From contig CP060766.1 of NCBI GenBank assembly GCA_023205875.1, positions 62,001 to 126,000 on the forward strand: a stretch of 64,000 bases of DNA, in the 5' to 3' direction. This document shows, in pieces, positions 50,324 through 62,725 of the stretch; the first letter of the stretch is position 1; the number at the start of each line of letters is the position of its first letter. Under the pieces are notes generated by a model that was given only the letters and a program-made list of their open reading frames with translations, was not told where the DNA came from and did no database searches. The translations under genes were made by a program, and so were the position numbers. Source of the stretch: Chloropicon primus (Eukaryota).

Positions 50324-50891
50324 GCTCCTCAAATCCTCACCAGAGCGCCGTCTCCTTCGAGCGAGGGTTCGTTCGAAAGATCAAAAGACTCTCCTTCCGC
50401 TCGCCTATCACTCGAGAGAAACCTCCGGCACAAACTCCCGTCCTCCTCGTCGCCTCCCCTCCTCGGTGATCTACTCCTCGATCTCTTTCTGCCTCTCTCT
50501 CTCGTTTCGCGTCCTCACCAGAGCGCCGTTTCTTTCGAGCGACGGCTCTTTCGAAAGATCAAGAGACGACGCTTCCTTCTTTCTTGTCCCCTCCTCTCTC
50601 TCTCCCCCCTCCTCGCGCTCCCGTCCTCTTCGTCTCTCTCTCTCTCGTCTCGTCTCCTCGTTCGCCCTCGTGCTCGGCCGTTACGATGATTCGGCGGAAG
50701 GGAGAAACCCACCAGAAGAGAAACAAAGGGGCGCCTCGACGAGAGAAGAGAGCGAGAGCGAGAGAGAAGGTGTCGAGGAAGAGGTTTACCAATCTCCTCG
50801 TTCCGTTTCTCCTCTTGTCTTCCAAAAAAAAAAACATCAGAGTAACGTAAGGGCTGCCCTCCTTTCTGGCTGCTGGCCTATTCCGTTAAGG

Positions 50892-52406
50892 ATGGAGGAG
50901 GACGGCAAACACAAACACAAACAACCGAGGGGGAGCTCCTCCTCGGGAGCGGCGTCGGGCTCCTCCTGGAAGCTCGACCCCGCGATAGAGAGGAGGTTGT
51001 CCGGGCAGTCCTCCTTCTCCTTCGCGGAGGGGACGCCCGAGACGAGAAACAACAATGACGACGACGACGACGTCGCTGTCGTCGCGGCGTCCTCCACCCC
51101 CTCCCCAATCTTCGGGTTGTCCAGGACGACGGGCCTTGCCCTGCCCTCCTATGATATGTACTCCAACATACCCGAGTTGAACTCCGACAACGCCCGGAGG
51201 CAGGAGTCCTTCTCGAGCCTCCCCGTGCCGAACCTGGGGTCCCAGCCCCACAGCAGGAGGCAGACGCCCGCCGACGCCGGCTGGATGGAGACGCTGGACC
51301 TGACCAGGCTCTTCTTCGGACTCGGGAAGCCTCGGGGCCAGCTCGACGGCTTTGACGAGTCCCTGACCCCGCTGCAGACTCCGGAGAAGGGGAGGAGGAG
51401 CAAGAGGAGCACCCCGGGGTCCAAGCACGGGCAGGGGGGCGCCAACCTCAGCTCGAGGCTCCTGGAGGACGAGGACGAGGACAGCGACCACTCCTTTCGG
51501 GAGACGATCGAGGGGATCGACGGGGGCAAGGGCAGCGAGCCCACGGATCACTCCCTCGCGTTCGACGCCCACATCCGAAGCAGGAGCGGGAGCTGGCTCT
51601 CAAGGCTGTGGAACAAGCACTTTGACTCCCGGAACTACTACAATTCCGAGTTCAGGGCGAGGGATTACGAGTCGGATTACTTGGCCCTCGTCCCGCTCTC
51701 GGACCCCAGGCTGAGCAAGAGGTGGCCCCTTTGGGTCTTCGTCCTCCTGGTGGTCCTCTTCAGCGCGTCCGTCTTCTGCGGGGTCTTCTTCTTCGTGCAG
51801 AGGCAGGTCGCCGTGAACCAGGGCGAGATCGTCACGAAGACTTCGTCCATCCACGTGAACCCCCTGAAGCCTGGCGGTAAGTCGCTCGTCATTTCCTTTC
51901 TCGCCTTGCTCCTTCCTGACATAACCTGGCATGCTTTCGTGCGATCGTCCTCGATCAGATTATCACGGCTCGTACACGTTGGACCTCGAGATAGACATTC
52001 CCGTGCACAACCAAAACTACTTTCCGGCCAAGGTGTCTGGAGGTGAGTGATGACGATGCTCCTGATGCTCCTGCTGAGCCACAAAACATGTTCTGTTCAA
52101 CTGACGCCCCAGTCCCCTCGCGTCGATGCAGGGATCGGAATTTACCTGTACAACTACAAGGGTGGAGAGGTCTCCCTCGACGTGGCCGTCCCGAGCAGGA
52201 CCACGCAGATTTTCACGGTAAACGCCAACGCAAGCGACTTCGATTCGGCGGTCACGAGCACTATTATTGGGCGGTGCACCTTCCTTCAGCCCCACCTCCT
52301 GCAGTTCGTGCTGAAGGGGAACTTCACGACGGAAGTTCTCTTTTACCCCACTCAAATCACCCAGATCAACACGTACGCCATCGTGGACTGCAAGATCGAG
52401 GACTAG
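50892..52406 (+). CDS. Type II membrane protein, TMEM106/LEA_2-like C-terminal domain
   Basis: Exons 50892-51876, 51959-52042, 52132-52406 join in frame; TM WVFVLLVVLFSASVFCGVFFFV; IPVHNQNYFPAKV. Confidence 0.6.
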
Positions 52407-52526
52407 CGCGGCTTCCTCGACTGAATCGAATTTTTGCAAGCGGTGGGAACGAATGTAGAAGCTTTAAATATAAATCTTTTTGTGTTAGATGCACCAGCGC
52501 CACCACCATCCCCAGGCCCCGCCGCT

Positions 52527-54158
52527 TCAGAAGATCTTCTTCGCAGTGGCGTTGCTCGAGGCGTAGCCCACAATCGCGTCCTTGAGCGGCCCAGAGTTGT
52601 TCAAGATGTCCATCCCAAGGTTTCTGGTCAGAGCCAGGGGCGTGTACTGAGACTGGTAGAGGGACTTGACCGCGTCCAGCGTCCTTATCATCGCAGCATT
52701 GGCGATCCTCCTCTCCCTCGAATACTTCTCGAGGGTCAGGAGGTCAGAGTAATCCTGCCCCGACCACAGGGCCTCCTGAAGGACTATCATGAGGCATTCC
52801 ACGTCGCCAAACCCTATGTTCACCCCTTGGCCCGCCAGCGGGTGAATCCTGTGGGCTGCGTCCCCCACGAGAACGACGCCCCTCTGGCAGTAGGTGAGCG
52901 CGTGCTTCGAGCCGAGAGGGAAGGACTTTTGGCTCGTCCCCGCGACTTCGAGAACCTCTGGCGGGTCCACGAACTCCCCCCTCGTTTCCGTCACCTGGCC
53001 CAGGTCCCCGCCGACGTCGTTGGTCCTCCTCCTCCCCCCCAGGAGGGTCGACACCGCGGAGCCCAGAGTCGCTGGCGAAAAAAAAGGCACGTCCCCCCCC
53101 GCTGATGCTGGCTCGCTCCGCAACGCGTCGTCGACGGCTCGGGCAAACTCCTTGGACCCCAACGACTCCAGCCGCTTCGCCTCCGCCACGGTGGTCGACC
53201 ACACCACGTTGCTGTACCCGCCCCTCACCGGCAGGAGTGCGATCGGCCCCGTGGGGAGGAACCTCTGAAAGGCGGTGGAGTGGGGCTCGCTCACTCTCAA
53301 GGCGCAGGTCACCGCCCTCTGCCCGTAGTTGTACTCCAAGAATCGGATTCCGGCCTTCTTCGCCACGAGGGACTGGGCCCCGTCCGCCCCAACGACCAGA
53401 GGCGTCGATATCGAAAGGCCGGACGCAAAGGAGATCACCGACCTGTCTCCGTCCCCGCCCGGCTTCTCCTCGGGCGCTTTTGTGATGCCGACCTTGGGCC
53501 GGGGTACCGCAATGTCCGTCACGCTGCCGTACACAAAGTCACAACCCAGTTCCTCTGCCCTCCTCTGGAGCTCCTCCTTGAGCACCTCGTTTTCGATGAC
53601 TTGGCCCAGAAAGGTCGGGCTCGAGAACTGCATGTGTCCTCTGCCGAACGCGTCCCAGACCTGCATGGAGTCGAACGAGGCCGAGACCGGCGGAAGGAGA
53701 TTGCTTCCCACACCAACCCTGTCAAGGAACCCCAAGGTCGAGGGCGTGAGCGTGCTCACTCGGATGTCAGGGACTGAAGCACCCCGCCGGGACTCCGCGC
53801 CCCATCCTTGCTGCTTCTCCTTGTCCACCACCGCCACCCTCAGCTCGCTCGTCAGGGGGCCGTGCTTCAGTCCGCACGCTAGGGCGGACCCAATCATCCC
53901 GCCTCCCACCACAACGACGTCGTACTCGTCCCCTCCTTGGCTCGCACTCGCACTCGCACTCGCACTCGCACTCTCGCACAACTTCCTGCTCCTCCTCGTC
54001 GTCCACGAGGGAGAGACCGAGGTCGCCGGGTCCAACGAACGTACGCCTTCGGTGCTCGAGGCGGAGCAGACCTCCGCCTGGCACACCACGCCCGTCGCCC
54101 GCGCCCTCGTCGACGCCGCGAGGTCACGCCCGAGCCTCCTCACCGCAGCGAGCGCCAT
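52527..54158 (-). CDS. COQ6: Ubiquinone biosynthesis monooxygenase (UbiH/COQ6 family), mitochondrial
   Basis: DVVVVGGGMIG, MQVWD, LVVGADG, AFQRFLPTGPIALLP, LVGDAAHRIHPLAGQGVNIGFGD. Confidence 0.92.
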   Translation of the reverse strand: MALAAVRRLGRDLAASTRARATGVVCQAEVCSASSTEGVRSLDPATSVSPSWTTRRSRKLCESASASASASASQGGDEYDVVVVGGGMIGSALACGLKHGPLTSELRVAVVDKEKQQGWGAESRRGASVPDIRVSTLTPSTLGFLDRVGVGSNLLPPVSASFDSMQVWDAFGRGHMQFSSPTFLGQVIENEVLKEELQRRAEELGCDFVYGSVTDIAVPRPKVGITKAPEEKPGGDGDRSVISFASGLSISTPLVVGADGAQSLVAKKAGIRFLEYNYGQRAVTCALRVSEPHSTAFQRFLPTGPIALLPVRGGYSNVVWSTTVAEAKRLESLGSKEFARAVDDALRSEPASAGGDVPFFSPATLGSAVSTLLGGRRRTNDVGGDLGQVTETRGEFVDPPEVLEVAGTSQKSFPLGSKHALTYCQRGVVLVGDAAHRIHPLAGQGVNIGFGDVECLMIVLQEALWSGQDYSDLLTLEKYSRERRIANAAMIRTLDAVKSLYQSQYTPLALTRNLGMDILNNSGPLKDAIVGYASSNATAKKIF

Positions 54159-54485
54159 CGTCCTCTTCTGGTTTCCCCCCTCATCATGCCTCTAGGCTTG
54201 CTCTTTGTTGGATGGAAACGACTTTGGCTTGGTGGTGATCTCATGTACGTTTTTTTTGGGGGGGGGAGGGGGGTGCATAAAGGTTGGCTGGGTTGGCTGT
54301 GGCTATCCCGCGGGGCCATCATCCTCTCCTCTCCCTAGCGACCAATAGTTTACATGAAAAACAACAATTCCACGTGCTTCGTTTTAATATTGTTTTGTTT
54401 TGTGCTCGAAGAGGGGGAGGAGGCAAGGTTGCCCCCCGAAATATAAAAGGCCCCGTCTCCGGCTCGCCAACCCGCCGGCGCCGTC

Positions 54486-55400
54486 TCACCTGACGTACGT
54501 GCTGGCGAACCACTGCGTGATGAGCGCGAATATCGTGCACACAGCTTGCACGGACACGCCTTCGGGGAGGACGGGCAAGACGATTGGGAATAGGTTTCCC
54601 AGGATCCATCCGGCCGCCGTGGCCACGATGGCCGTGCCGACGCTCCCCCAGAACACGTTCTCCTCCTTGTCGGCCTTCTGCTGCCTCTTCTGCTGCACGA
54701 AGAAGATGGTGGCGACGAGTCCGGCGGTGACCTGGGCGGTCGGCTCGCTGTCCAGCGCCGTGGCCACGGTCCACACGATGACGGTGAGGAAGACTCCGAC
54801 GGTCTTCATCAGGGCCTTCTTCGCGACCCTCGTGTCGAGGAACTTGCCCAAGGGACCCTCGGGCTCCTCGTCCTCCGAAGGCGGCAGGACCTGCTTCCCC
54901 TTTCCCTTGTTCACAAGCTTGATCCCGTCCTCCTTCCTGTGCTTGAAGTTCATGCTGATGATCTTGTCGTGGGCTATCTCTATGGACTCCACGCTCATCT
55001 TGTTGCCCTTGTACTCCTCCACGAGGTACGCCCTCGCCTCCTGGACCTCCTCGTACGAAGCCTCAGCCCCGATCCCCAGGAGCTTGTAGGGGTCCTTCTC
55101 CTTGTGGCGTGGGAACACCTTGTGAATGTCCGGAAGCTCGTCTTCGAACTCCTCTGCCGCGTCTCCCTGAGCGAAGGACTGGTCCTGAAAGTCCCCAGAG
55201 CTGCTCACGTCCGCCTCCGCTCGAACGGAAAGAAGCCACTCCCTCCTCTCGCTTCGAGCCTCCCTCCCCACCACCACCAAGTGTCCTCCCCCTGCTGGCG
55301 CTGGAGGAGGAGGAGCAAGCCGGGAACACGTCCGAAACGCTCCAGGCCTCGGCCAGCTCCCTCCCCCTCGCCTCGCCACGCACAACGACGACGCCACCAT
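54486..55400 (-). CDS. CPP1: Chaperone-like protein of POR1 (J-like, DUF3353 type), plastid
   Basis: KDPYKLLGIGAEASYEEVQEARAYLVEEY...SIEIAHDKII, C-terminal TM segments, transit peptide; start 55400 or 55448. Confidence 0.8.
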   Translation of the reverse strand: MVASSLCVARRGGGSWPRPGAFRTCSRLAPPPPAPAGGGHLVVVGREARSERREWLLSVRAEADVSSSGDFQDQSFAQGDAAEEFEDELPDIHKVFPRHKEKDPYKLLGIGAEASYEEVQEARAYLVEEYKGNKMSVESIEIAHDKIISMNFKHRKEDGIKLVNKGKGKQVLPPSEDEEPEGPLGKFLDTRVAKKALMKTVGVFLTVIVWTVATALDSEPTAQVTAGLVATIFFVQQKRQQKADKEENVFWGSVGTAIVATAAGWILGNLFPIVLPVLPEGVSVQAVCTIFALITQWFASTYVR

Positions 55401-56277
55401 CTCCACCCTCCTCGTCGCCGCCAACCTCTTCCCTCCTGGAACCGTCATGCCAATCCAATCCGATCAAAAACAACTCTCTCTCTCTCTCTCTCTCGGTTTC
55501 CTCCTCCAAACTCCAAACGAAACGAAACGTAACGAAATGGAGCAAGCGGCGCGACAAGAAAAAGCGGCAGAGAGATGGAGGGGCCTCGTCCCTTCCCTGT
55601 GTCGCGCGCAGTCGCCGTCCCGGAGCCTCGGCCGCGGTTGTGGTCAAGGGATTCGTCACGGCCGCCGCAGACCTCAACCTCCTCCCTTTTTTTTCTTTCT
55701 GGATAAGGCAACGTCTGGGAGGAAAATGAAATGGTGTAAGGGAGTCTAAGGGAGGACAAACCAAGAAGAAGGTGGCAATGGACGACGAGGGAGGGAAATT
55801 GAAGGACAAGTGACTTAAAAAGACGATAGTGTGTCTCACGGGCTTTCCAGTGGTACCTTGGTTGACCCTATTGGCGTCCTAAGTGGTCGGTAACGGTTGC
55901 AGGAAGGACAACTTGGTGGAGGAAAAGGGAGGATGGGAGGATTGGTGATGATGTGCGGTGGTGGTGGTGAGAACAAGTCACCGTTTTGTCCGCTCCGAGA
56001 TCGAGCCGCTCCATCTTGGCCGTTCTCCCGAGAATGCAGGCAGGAGGTTGGGGGGGGGGCGTTATGGAGTCTGCCTTCTTCTTTGGTTGGGAGGAAGAGG
56101 GACGCCGTTGTTCCTGCTTGCCAAAAAAAATGGTAAAGGTTTGTATTATCGAAGAATTCTGATCGCCGTGCTTCCACACGACGACAACTTGGTTCCTTTC
56201 TCTTGCGGGTTTTGCGTCCTTGGCGGGACGCGTACGCGTCGCCGTCGCCGTCCTCGCGTCGCTATTGCTACTGCTAT

Positions 56278-57411
56278 TTACTTCTTCTCTGGTGCAGGGG
56301 CCTTGGATCCGGTGGTTGGGAGACCGACGGAGACCTTGAAGGCGTCGTAGATTCCCCACTGGAGTCCCGTGAGGGTACCGATCATGACGATACGGAGAGG
56401 GAGTCCTCTAGTGAACAAGCCGACCATGCCCATCTCCTCGACGATCTGGCCCATGGTGGCACCCTTGGTGGCGTTCAACTTGGAGACCATGTTATCAGCA
56501 GGATGGGAGACGATGGCGCAGAAGACACCGGCGATGTATCCGGCAAGGAAACTGACTCCGAGCTGCTCGGTCTTGGTGCACTCGGCCTGTGGCTTTGGCA
56601 CGACGTACTTGTAGAGGGCCTTGACGGTGTTCTCAAAGCAAGCAAACTTCATCATGGTGTAAGGGATCTGCCTTCCCCAAAGTGGCGTCAGACCCTTGAA
56701 CAAGCCGCCGTATCCCTCCGCGGCAACGAACTTGGGGAATCCATCGCTGAATCCCTTGGCGAACCCTGGGACGGTCTGAACCTTCACCTTGACGGCCTCG
56801 AAGGGGCAAAGCATGATGTCGGCGAAGAACTCGGCGGAGGCACTTCCGGCCAAGAACACGAAGGTCTGGTACTTCTCGGCGGCTTCCTCTCCGAGCTGAT
56901 CAGAGTAGTACTTCTTGAAGAACTCGTACAGTCCGAACTTTCCAGCTCCCTGAGCAGAATACCCGAAGAGGGTTGGCACCCAGCCCCTGACAAGGCCAGC
57001 GAATCCCTGCTCCTTCAACACGGTTCCGAATCCCTGGAAGATTCCGGTGTACTTCTTGGGATCGGTCTGCATGTTGCACTTGACGACATCCAGCGGGGTG
57101 ACCAAGGTGTGGGTTCCACCGCAGGACAAGACACCTCCGACAGCGCAGGCCGCATAATAGGCGGGCGAGAAGAGAACGATCCCTCCCTCGGCCGCGGATG
57201 GGATAGCTCCCACGGTAGGCACGGCACCCAACCTGAACTTATCCCTCAAAGAACCCTCGTAAGCAGACGCAATCGTCCTCACCACTGGGGTCTTGGCCGT
57301 GGCAGACACCACTGGACTCGCTTCGGAGGCAGCCTTGCCATTCCACTTGGCCGCAAACTTCCCAAAAGCCTGGTCGTACACACACGACGGCGCAATAAAC
57401 CTGTTCTCCAT
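56278..57411 (-). CDS. Mitochondrial phosphate carrier
   Basis: GGVLSCGGTHTLVTPLDVVKCNMQ, GYSAQGAGKFGLYE, PLWGRQIPYTMMKF, RIVMIGTLTGLQWGIYD. Confidence 0.95.
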   Translation of the reverse strand: MENRFIAPSCVYDQAFGKFAAKWNGKAASEASPVVSATAKTPVVRTIASAYEGSLRDKFRLGAVPTVGAIPSAAEGGIVLFSPAYYAACAVGGVLSCGGTHTLVTPLDVVKCNMQTDPKKYTGIFQGFGTVLKEQGFAGLVRGWVPTLFGYSAQGAGKFGLYEFFKKYYSDQLGEEAAEKYQTFVFLAGSASAEFFADIMLCPFEAVKVKVQTVPGFAKGFSDGFPKFVAAEGYGGLFKGLTPLWGRQIPYTMMKFACFENTVKALYKYVVPKPQAECTKTEQLGVSFLAGYIAGVFCAIVSHPADNMVSKLNATKGATMGQIVEEMGMVGLFTRGLPLRIVMIGTLTGLQWGIYDAFKVSVGLPTTGSKAPAPEKK

Positions 57412-57934
57412 CTTCTCTTCCTGCTCCTGACACAAACACACACAAACACACACAAGCTTGTCACCTTCGCTCCGCTTCACCGCGCGCGCGCTCGATCGTT
57501 TTGTCTGCTCTGCTCGTGTTGCGGTCGATCGCGGCCTCTAGATGGGAATTATACTGCCACCCGATTATTGCGTGACGCCACCAACGGAACAAGTGAAAAT
57601 TCCATCTTAACAAGGGTCGGCGCACAAAGAGGCCTCCAGGTCATGCCTGCATGAGCGAAAGGCGAGGCGGAGCCAAGGCGGGAGCTTGGCTTGATGGCGG
57701 GGGGGTGGGGGTGTGGAGGAGAGGAGAGGAGAGGAGAGGAGGAGGATCCCGATGGAGTTGGGAGGGGGATCGTGGGAATTTCGCCTTGCTTCAGGCACTC
57801 GTCAAGGGATCATCGAGTGGATGGATGGATATAGGAATGTTGTCGTTTGTTTATATTAAGGTAGGTCTCTGGTGGATTATTTTCATCAATGGCATATCGC
57901 AAAGCATCTCTCTCTTCTGCTCGCTCCTCCCGTT

Positions 57935-60900
57935 CTAGTTTGCCTTGAGAACAAAATCGGAATCGTCGTCCTCGTCGTCCGAGTAGACGTCGTCGTTGTT
58001 GTTGTTGTTGTTGGTGGTGGTTTGGTGGACAGGCCCAGGCGCCGCGGCGTCCCTGGCGTCCTCCGCCGCGACGACGACGGTGCCCGGGGTCACGTCGGGG
58101 CACAACTTCTTGAAATTCTTCTGCAGAACAAAGTAGTCGAGCTTGAAGTCGCCCACGAGCTGCACGGCCGCGACGGGCGGGAAGGCAGGGAAGGCGCACA
58201 TGTTCCTGTCCCTGGTGTAGTTCTGCATCACCTTGGCCATCCCGGTGGCGGAGAGGCACGTGAAATTCGTGCCGTCCTTGTTGAGGGGGTTGTCCCTCTG
58301 GATGTACTTGTACGCGTCCACCCTCTTGGACAGGGGTTTGGTGCTCTTCCTAAAGGCGATGGCGGCGTCGAGGCACCTCAGGCGGTACTGCAGCCCCGCC
58401 GTCGTGGGGGGGATCCAAGAGACGTCGCCCTCCTGGGCGACGTAACCGATGAACCCCTCCTCGTCCTCCTCCTCCTCGTCCACGTCGTCCCCCTCCTCCT
58501 CCATGGCGGCGTCCTCGTCCTCGTCGAGGTCCCTGGGGACCCACGCGCCCGGGATGATCCTTGGGTTGCGGTTAAAGTGGTCGTGGTCCAGAAGCTTGTC
58601 CTTGATGGCGCCCTCGAACTCGCCCAGGATGTCCCTCAGGTCCTCCAGGGCCGCGGCGGACCGCACCTTCGCCATCCAGACGGAGGGGCCGTCCCACTCC
58701 TCGCTCTCAAACGAGTCCGCAGGCAGAGCCTGGTAAATGTCCAGCATGTCCCCCTTGAGCTTCTCCACCAAAAATCCAGCGGCCTTGGCCTCCTTGGAAT
58801 CGTAGTCCACCTGCTGCGAGGGGGGCTTCTTCCCCTCCTTGACGAGGATGGCAGAGGCCTCCGTCGGATACTCCACGATGAACTCGCGGCTTGGCTCTGG
58901 CATCAGTATCTTACAGCGTCGCGCCGGAAGGCTGACGAGGAGGTCTTGGGCCTTTGCCTTGAGGGCCTCCAGGAGCTTGCTCTCCCTCGCGCCCCGCGGG
59001 TTGAGTCGGCTCACGAGCAAGTCCAAAGAGTCCTTGTCCTTGATCACCTTCAGGCTCTGGTCCTTGTAGCTCTCCACGACAAGCACAGCGTCGCTCTTTT
59101 CCTTGGAGAGCTTCATGTACCAGTACCTGTTGAACCTTCTGTCGAGGCCTAGCGGGCGCCTGTTGATCTCCTCGGTGAGCACCTGCAACTTCTCGCCAAT
59201 GTCATTCTTCTCCAACACGGTGGTCTCCAGCTCCGCCTTGAGCTCCGCCTCGTTGAGGTTGCTCACGATCTTCTCTCTCTCTGGGCTCACCGCGATGTTG
59301 CTGGCGTTTGCCGCGGCAGTAGCCTCGGCCGTTGCCACCGCCTGCCTGAGCTTCTTCTCCTCTCTCTGCACCTCCCTCAGCCTCTTGGACAGAGCGTCCT
59401 TCTCCTTAATCGCGGCTTCGATTTGCTGGTACAAGGAGGGGCACTCCAGCACAGCGGTGCAGAGAGCCGCGAGGCACGCCGTCCTCTCAAACAGGGTCAA
59501 GTCGTTGTACTCAGAGACAGCCAGTTTGCGCACCCAGCCCTCGCCTCTTCTCAGCTTGGTCTGCTCAGGCTTCTCGCCATTCTTCACCACCTCCTTCTTC
59601 TCCGGGCTGTTGTTCTCGCTCTTCACCTCCTTCACCTCCTCCTCCTCCTCCCCCTCCTCCTTTACAACCTTCCCCTCAGCCAGGTCCTTCTTCCTCTTCA
59701 GCTGCCTCCTGTGCCAAGAGCAGATGACCCTCAAAGCGTACTTGTGGTTGCCAACCTTTTCAAAAACGAAGGAATCCCTGCTAAGCGCCCCATTGACGCT
59801 GGCCTCTGGCGTCTTGTTCCCTCCCATAGACCCAGTCCTAAGGCCAAGCTCATTCATCTTGTCGGTGATCGCCACCGAGGTCATTCCCTCCACCCCAGCC
59901 TCCTTGAGCACGGTCCAGGCGGCCCCCTTAATGGTGCCTGGCCTGCACGTTGCAGGTGGCTTCATCTTGGGCCCTTCGCTGTCGTCCTTCACCACGGTCT
60001 CCCCCGACTCGGCCTTCTTCTTCAAGACGGGCCTCTCGGGGCCATACCCAAGGATCACGAGAAACTGCCTCATGACCTCGGGCCACGTCAGGTAGTTCCT
60101 CTGCGCGCGCAGCAGGTCAGAGCCAAAGTGCCACTCCCAGATCTCCCCGAGATGCTTCGCAAAGTTGTGCACAACCCTATCCAGGCCGCTTATTTGCCCG
60201 CCCTTGTGCTCAAAGCCATCCTCCTGGTTGACAAGCGAGTGCGACTCCTCCACGTCAGCGAGAAGGAGCTTGAGAAGGGCCATGTGGAGGTCCGCCAGTT
60301 GCTTGGACTCCACGCCGCAAGCAAGGTAACCAACCAGGCTGCTCAGGGGCACTGGCTTGACGTTCGTCACAAACGAGTAGTCGCGGACAAACTTCCAGAT
60401 CATCAGAAGGTCCTGCTGCACCTCTGGGCTCATCTGCTTGCGCATCATCTCGGGCAGGTCCGAGGTGTCGAAAAATGGAACCATCGCCACCTCCTCTGGT
60501 GGGAAGCTCGGGAGCTTGAGCCCCTTCACGTCGACCTCGACTTCCATCCCATTCCCCGTGGCCTCCTGCTCGTTCTTGATGGCCAGCGCCATTTCTTCCC
60601 TCTCGAGGTCCTCGTCTTCCACCACCTGCTTCTTCTTCTCCTGCAGGAGCTTTGCGGCGGCTTTCTCCTCGGCGGCTTTCAGCCTCTCAAACTCCCTGAG
60701 CCTCTTCCTCTCGCGCAACTCCTCCTCCCTCTTCCTCTTCAGCTCCTCCTTCATCAGCTGCTTCTCGATCCTCGCCTTTGCCCTCTCCTCCTCCCTGAGC
60801 CTCTTCATCTCTTGGATCTCCCTCTCCTTCTCAAGCTTTTCTGCCATCCTCTTCTGCCGCTCCAGTTCCTTCCTCTCCATCATCTCGAGCTTGAGCTGCA

Positions 60901-61793
60901 TCTTGAGCGCCCTCTCCGCCTCCCTCTCGGCGGCCCTCTGCCTGCGGATGGCCTCCTGCTCCCTCTTCCTCAGCTCGATCTCCTCCCTCTTCTTCGACCT
61001 CTCCTCCTCCCTGACCCGGTTCAGGAGCCTTGAGAGCTCCTGCCTCTCCTGCTGCCTGGCGCTCCTCTTTGTGCTCCCGCCCCGTCCCCGGCCGGCGGGC
61101 AAAGGGATCTGATCAAAGTAAAGCGCGAGCGTGGGTCCATTGTCCTTGAACTCCAGCTTGGGGTACTGCTCGCTTCCCTCGACCAGGAGCATCTTGGCCT
61201 TGGAGATGATCTTCGAGGCCAGCTCCGATTTGTTGGTGTGCTGCAGGTCGCCGCTCGCTCTTCTCCGCCTCCTGCCGCCGCCTGACAAGGGCCTCCTCAC
61301 CCCGGATCCATCCAGACCCACGCTGTCCCCCCCCGTCTTGGACTTCTTCCGCCTCTTGCAGAACCACTCTCTCACCTGGAGGGTGGTGAGCGCCAAATTG
61401 TTCGACAACTTCTTGTACTGGTCGTCGTTCGGGTAGTTGTCCATCAGGTACGCCGCCTCGAGGGCTGTCCACTGCTCCTGGGTCTTCTGCTGCCTGGGGG
61501 CCCTCTCTCTCTTCACCCCCACGGTCACTTTGGCTGGGGAGTCCCTCTCAGGCTCCTCGGGAGGAGCCTCCTCCTCCTCCTCCTCCCCCACCCCCTTCGT
61601 CGAGGCCTTGGCATCATCATCTGAAGAAGATAAAGCGATAAAGAGTCAGTGACGTGAGGTCCCCAGCACAAGAGAAAAGCGCTCCTCTCCTCCACTCACC
61701 TTCCGGTTCCATCCCGATGATCTCGTCGTCGTTCTGCGCAGCGGCAGTGTTCGTCCCAGGCATCCTTCCCGCCACTTGTTCCTCCTCTTGCAT
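57935..61793 (-). CDS. Homeobox-DDT-HARE-HTH-WHIM chromatin protein (RINGLET/HB1-like)
   Basis: Exons 61793-61700 and 61620-57935; homeobox QVREWFCKRRKK, DDT DLLMIWKF..LHMALLKLLLADVE, LTWPEVMRQ, HARE-HTH PGTIKGAAWTVL...KTPEASVNGALSRD, WHIM PLGLDRRFNRYW. Confidence 0.88.
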
Positions 61794-62480
61794 CGCTCCA
61801 GCGAGCGTGCGCGAGCAACGTCCGTCGTGCGTCGTCCAAAGGTCTGCCAACCCTCGGCCTAGGCGGGGGCAAAGAAAGAAAGAAAGAAAACGTCGAGAGT
61901 CAGACCGCGTCCGTCGTCGTTCAAAACAAGAACAAGAACAAGAACAAGAAGAGGATGCTGATGTTGGGAAAGGGAGGCTCGCTCGATCTGATCCTGGCCC
62001 CACGAAGAGGACGGACGATCTCAGTCGCTCGAGCTCGAGGTCTCTCGCCCTCGTCCCCCGTCACGAAAGGAAACGAAACGAAACCTAGCAAACCCTCGCT
62101 AGGTTCGTCCACGTCGTCGTCCTCGTCGGGGGGCGGGATCCTCACGAGGGGCCACCGACCGACCCAAAAGGGGAAGAAGAAGAAAAAAAAAACGTAAACG
62201 CCGTCGTCGAAGGGCCGCGCCCAAGCCGTCGTCGTAACGCCTCCGCGCTCCTCGTTGCGCGCGGTCGTCGTACCTCCGTCCTTGTGCGCCGATCGATCGC
62301 GAACAATAACCTGACGATCGATCGATCGGGTTTGGTGATCGCATCGATCGATCGCATCGCCGACAACAACAAAAGTGGAAAACGAAACCAAAAAAAAAAA
62401 AAAAAAACCAAATTTTTTTTTTTCGTGAGCGGCGCGGAGATTTTTAGATCAGGTCAGCGCCAACTTTTCCCCCAACCAAG

Positions 62481-62520
<40 letters not shown>

Positions 62521-62725
62521 GATAGAAGGTGCATCATGATTAGGGCAATGATGGAAGGAATGTACGATGATGATGATGAAGGATGGAAGGAAGGAATTCG
62601 TCTTCTTCTTCTTACCACTTATCCACCCCGCCTTGCTTATTGGTTATTAATATTGATATTGATAAGTTTAGGTTTAGGTTCTCTCACAGGCACCACCGAC
62701 GAGACGATTGGATTGTATCTCGTTG

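Noticed and set aside
62666..62680. TTTAGG x2 as an interstitial telomere
   Set aside because: Only two units in an AT-rich 3' region; chance is sufficient.
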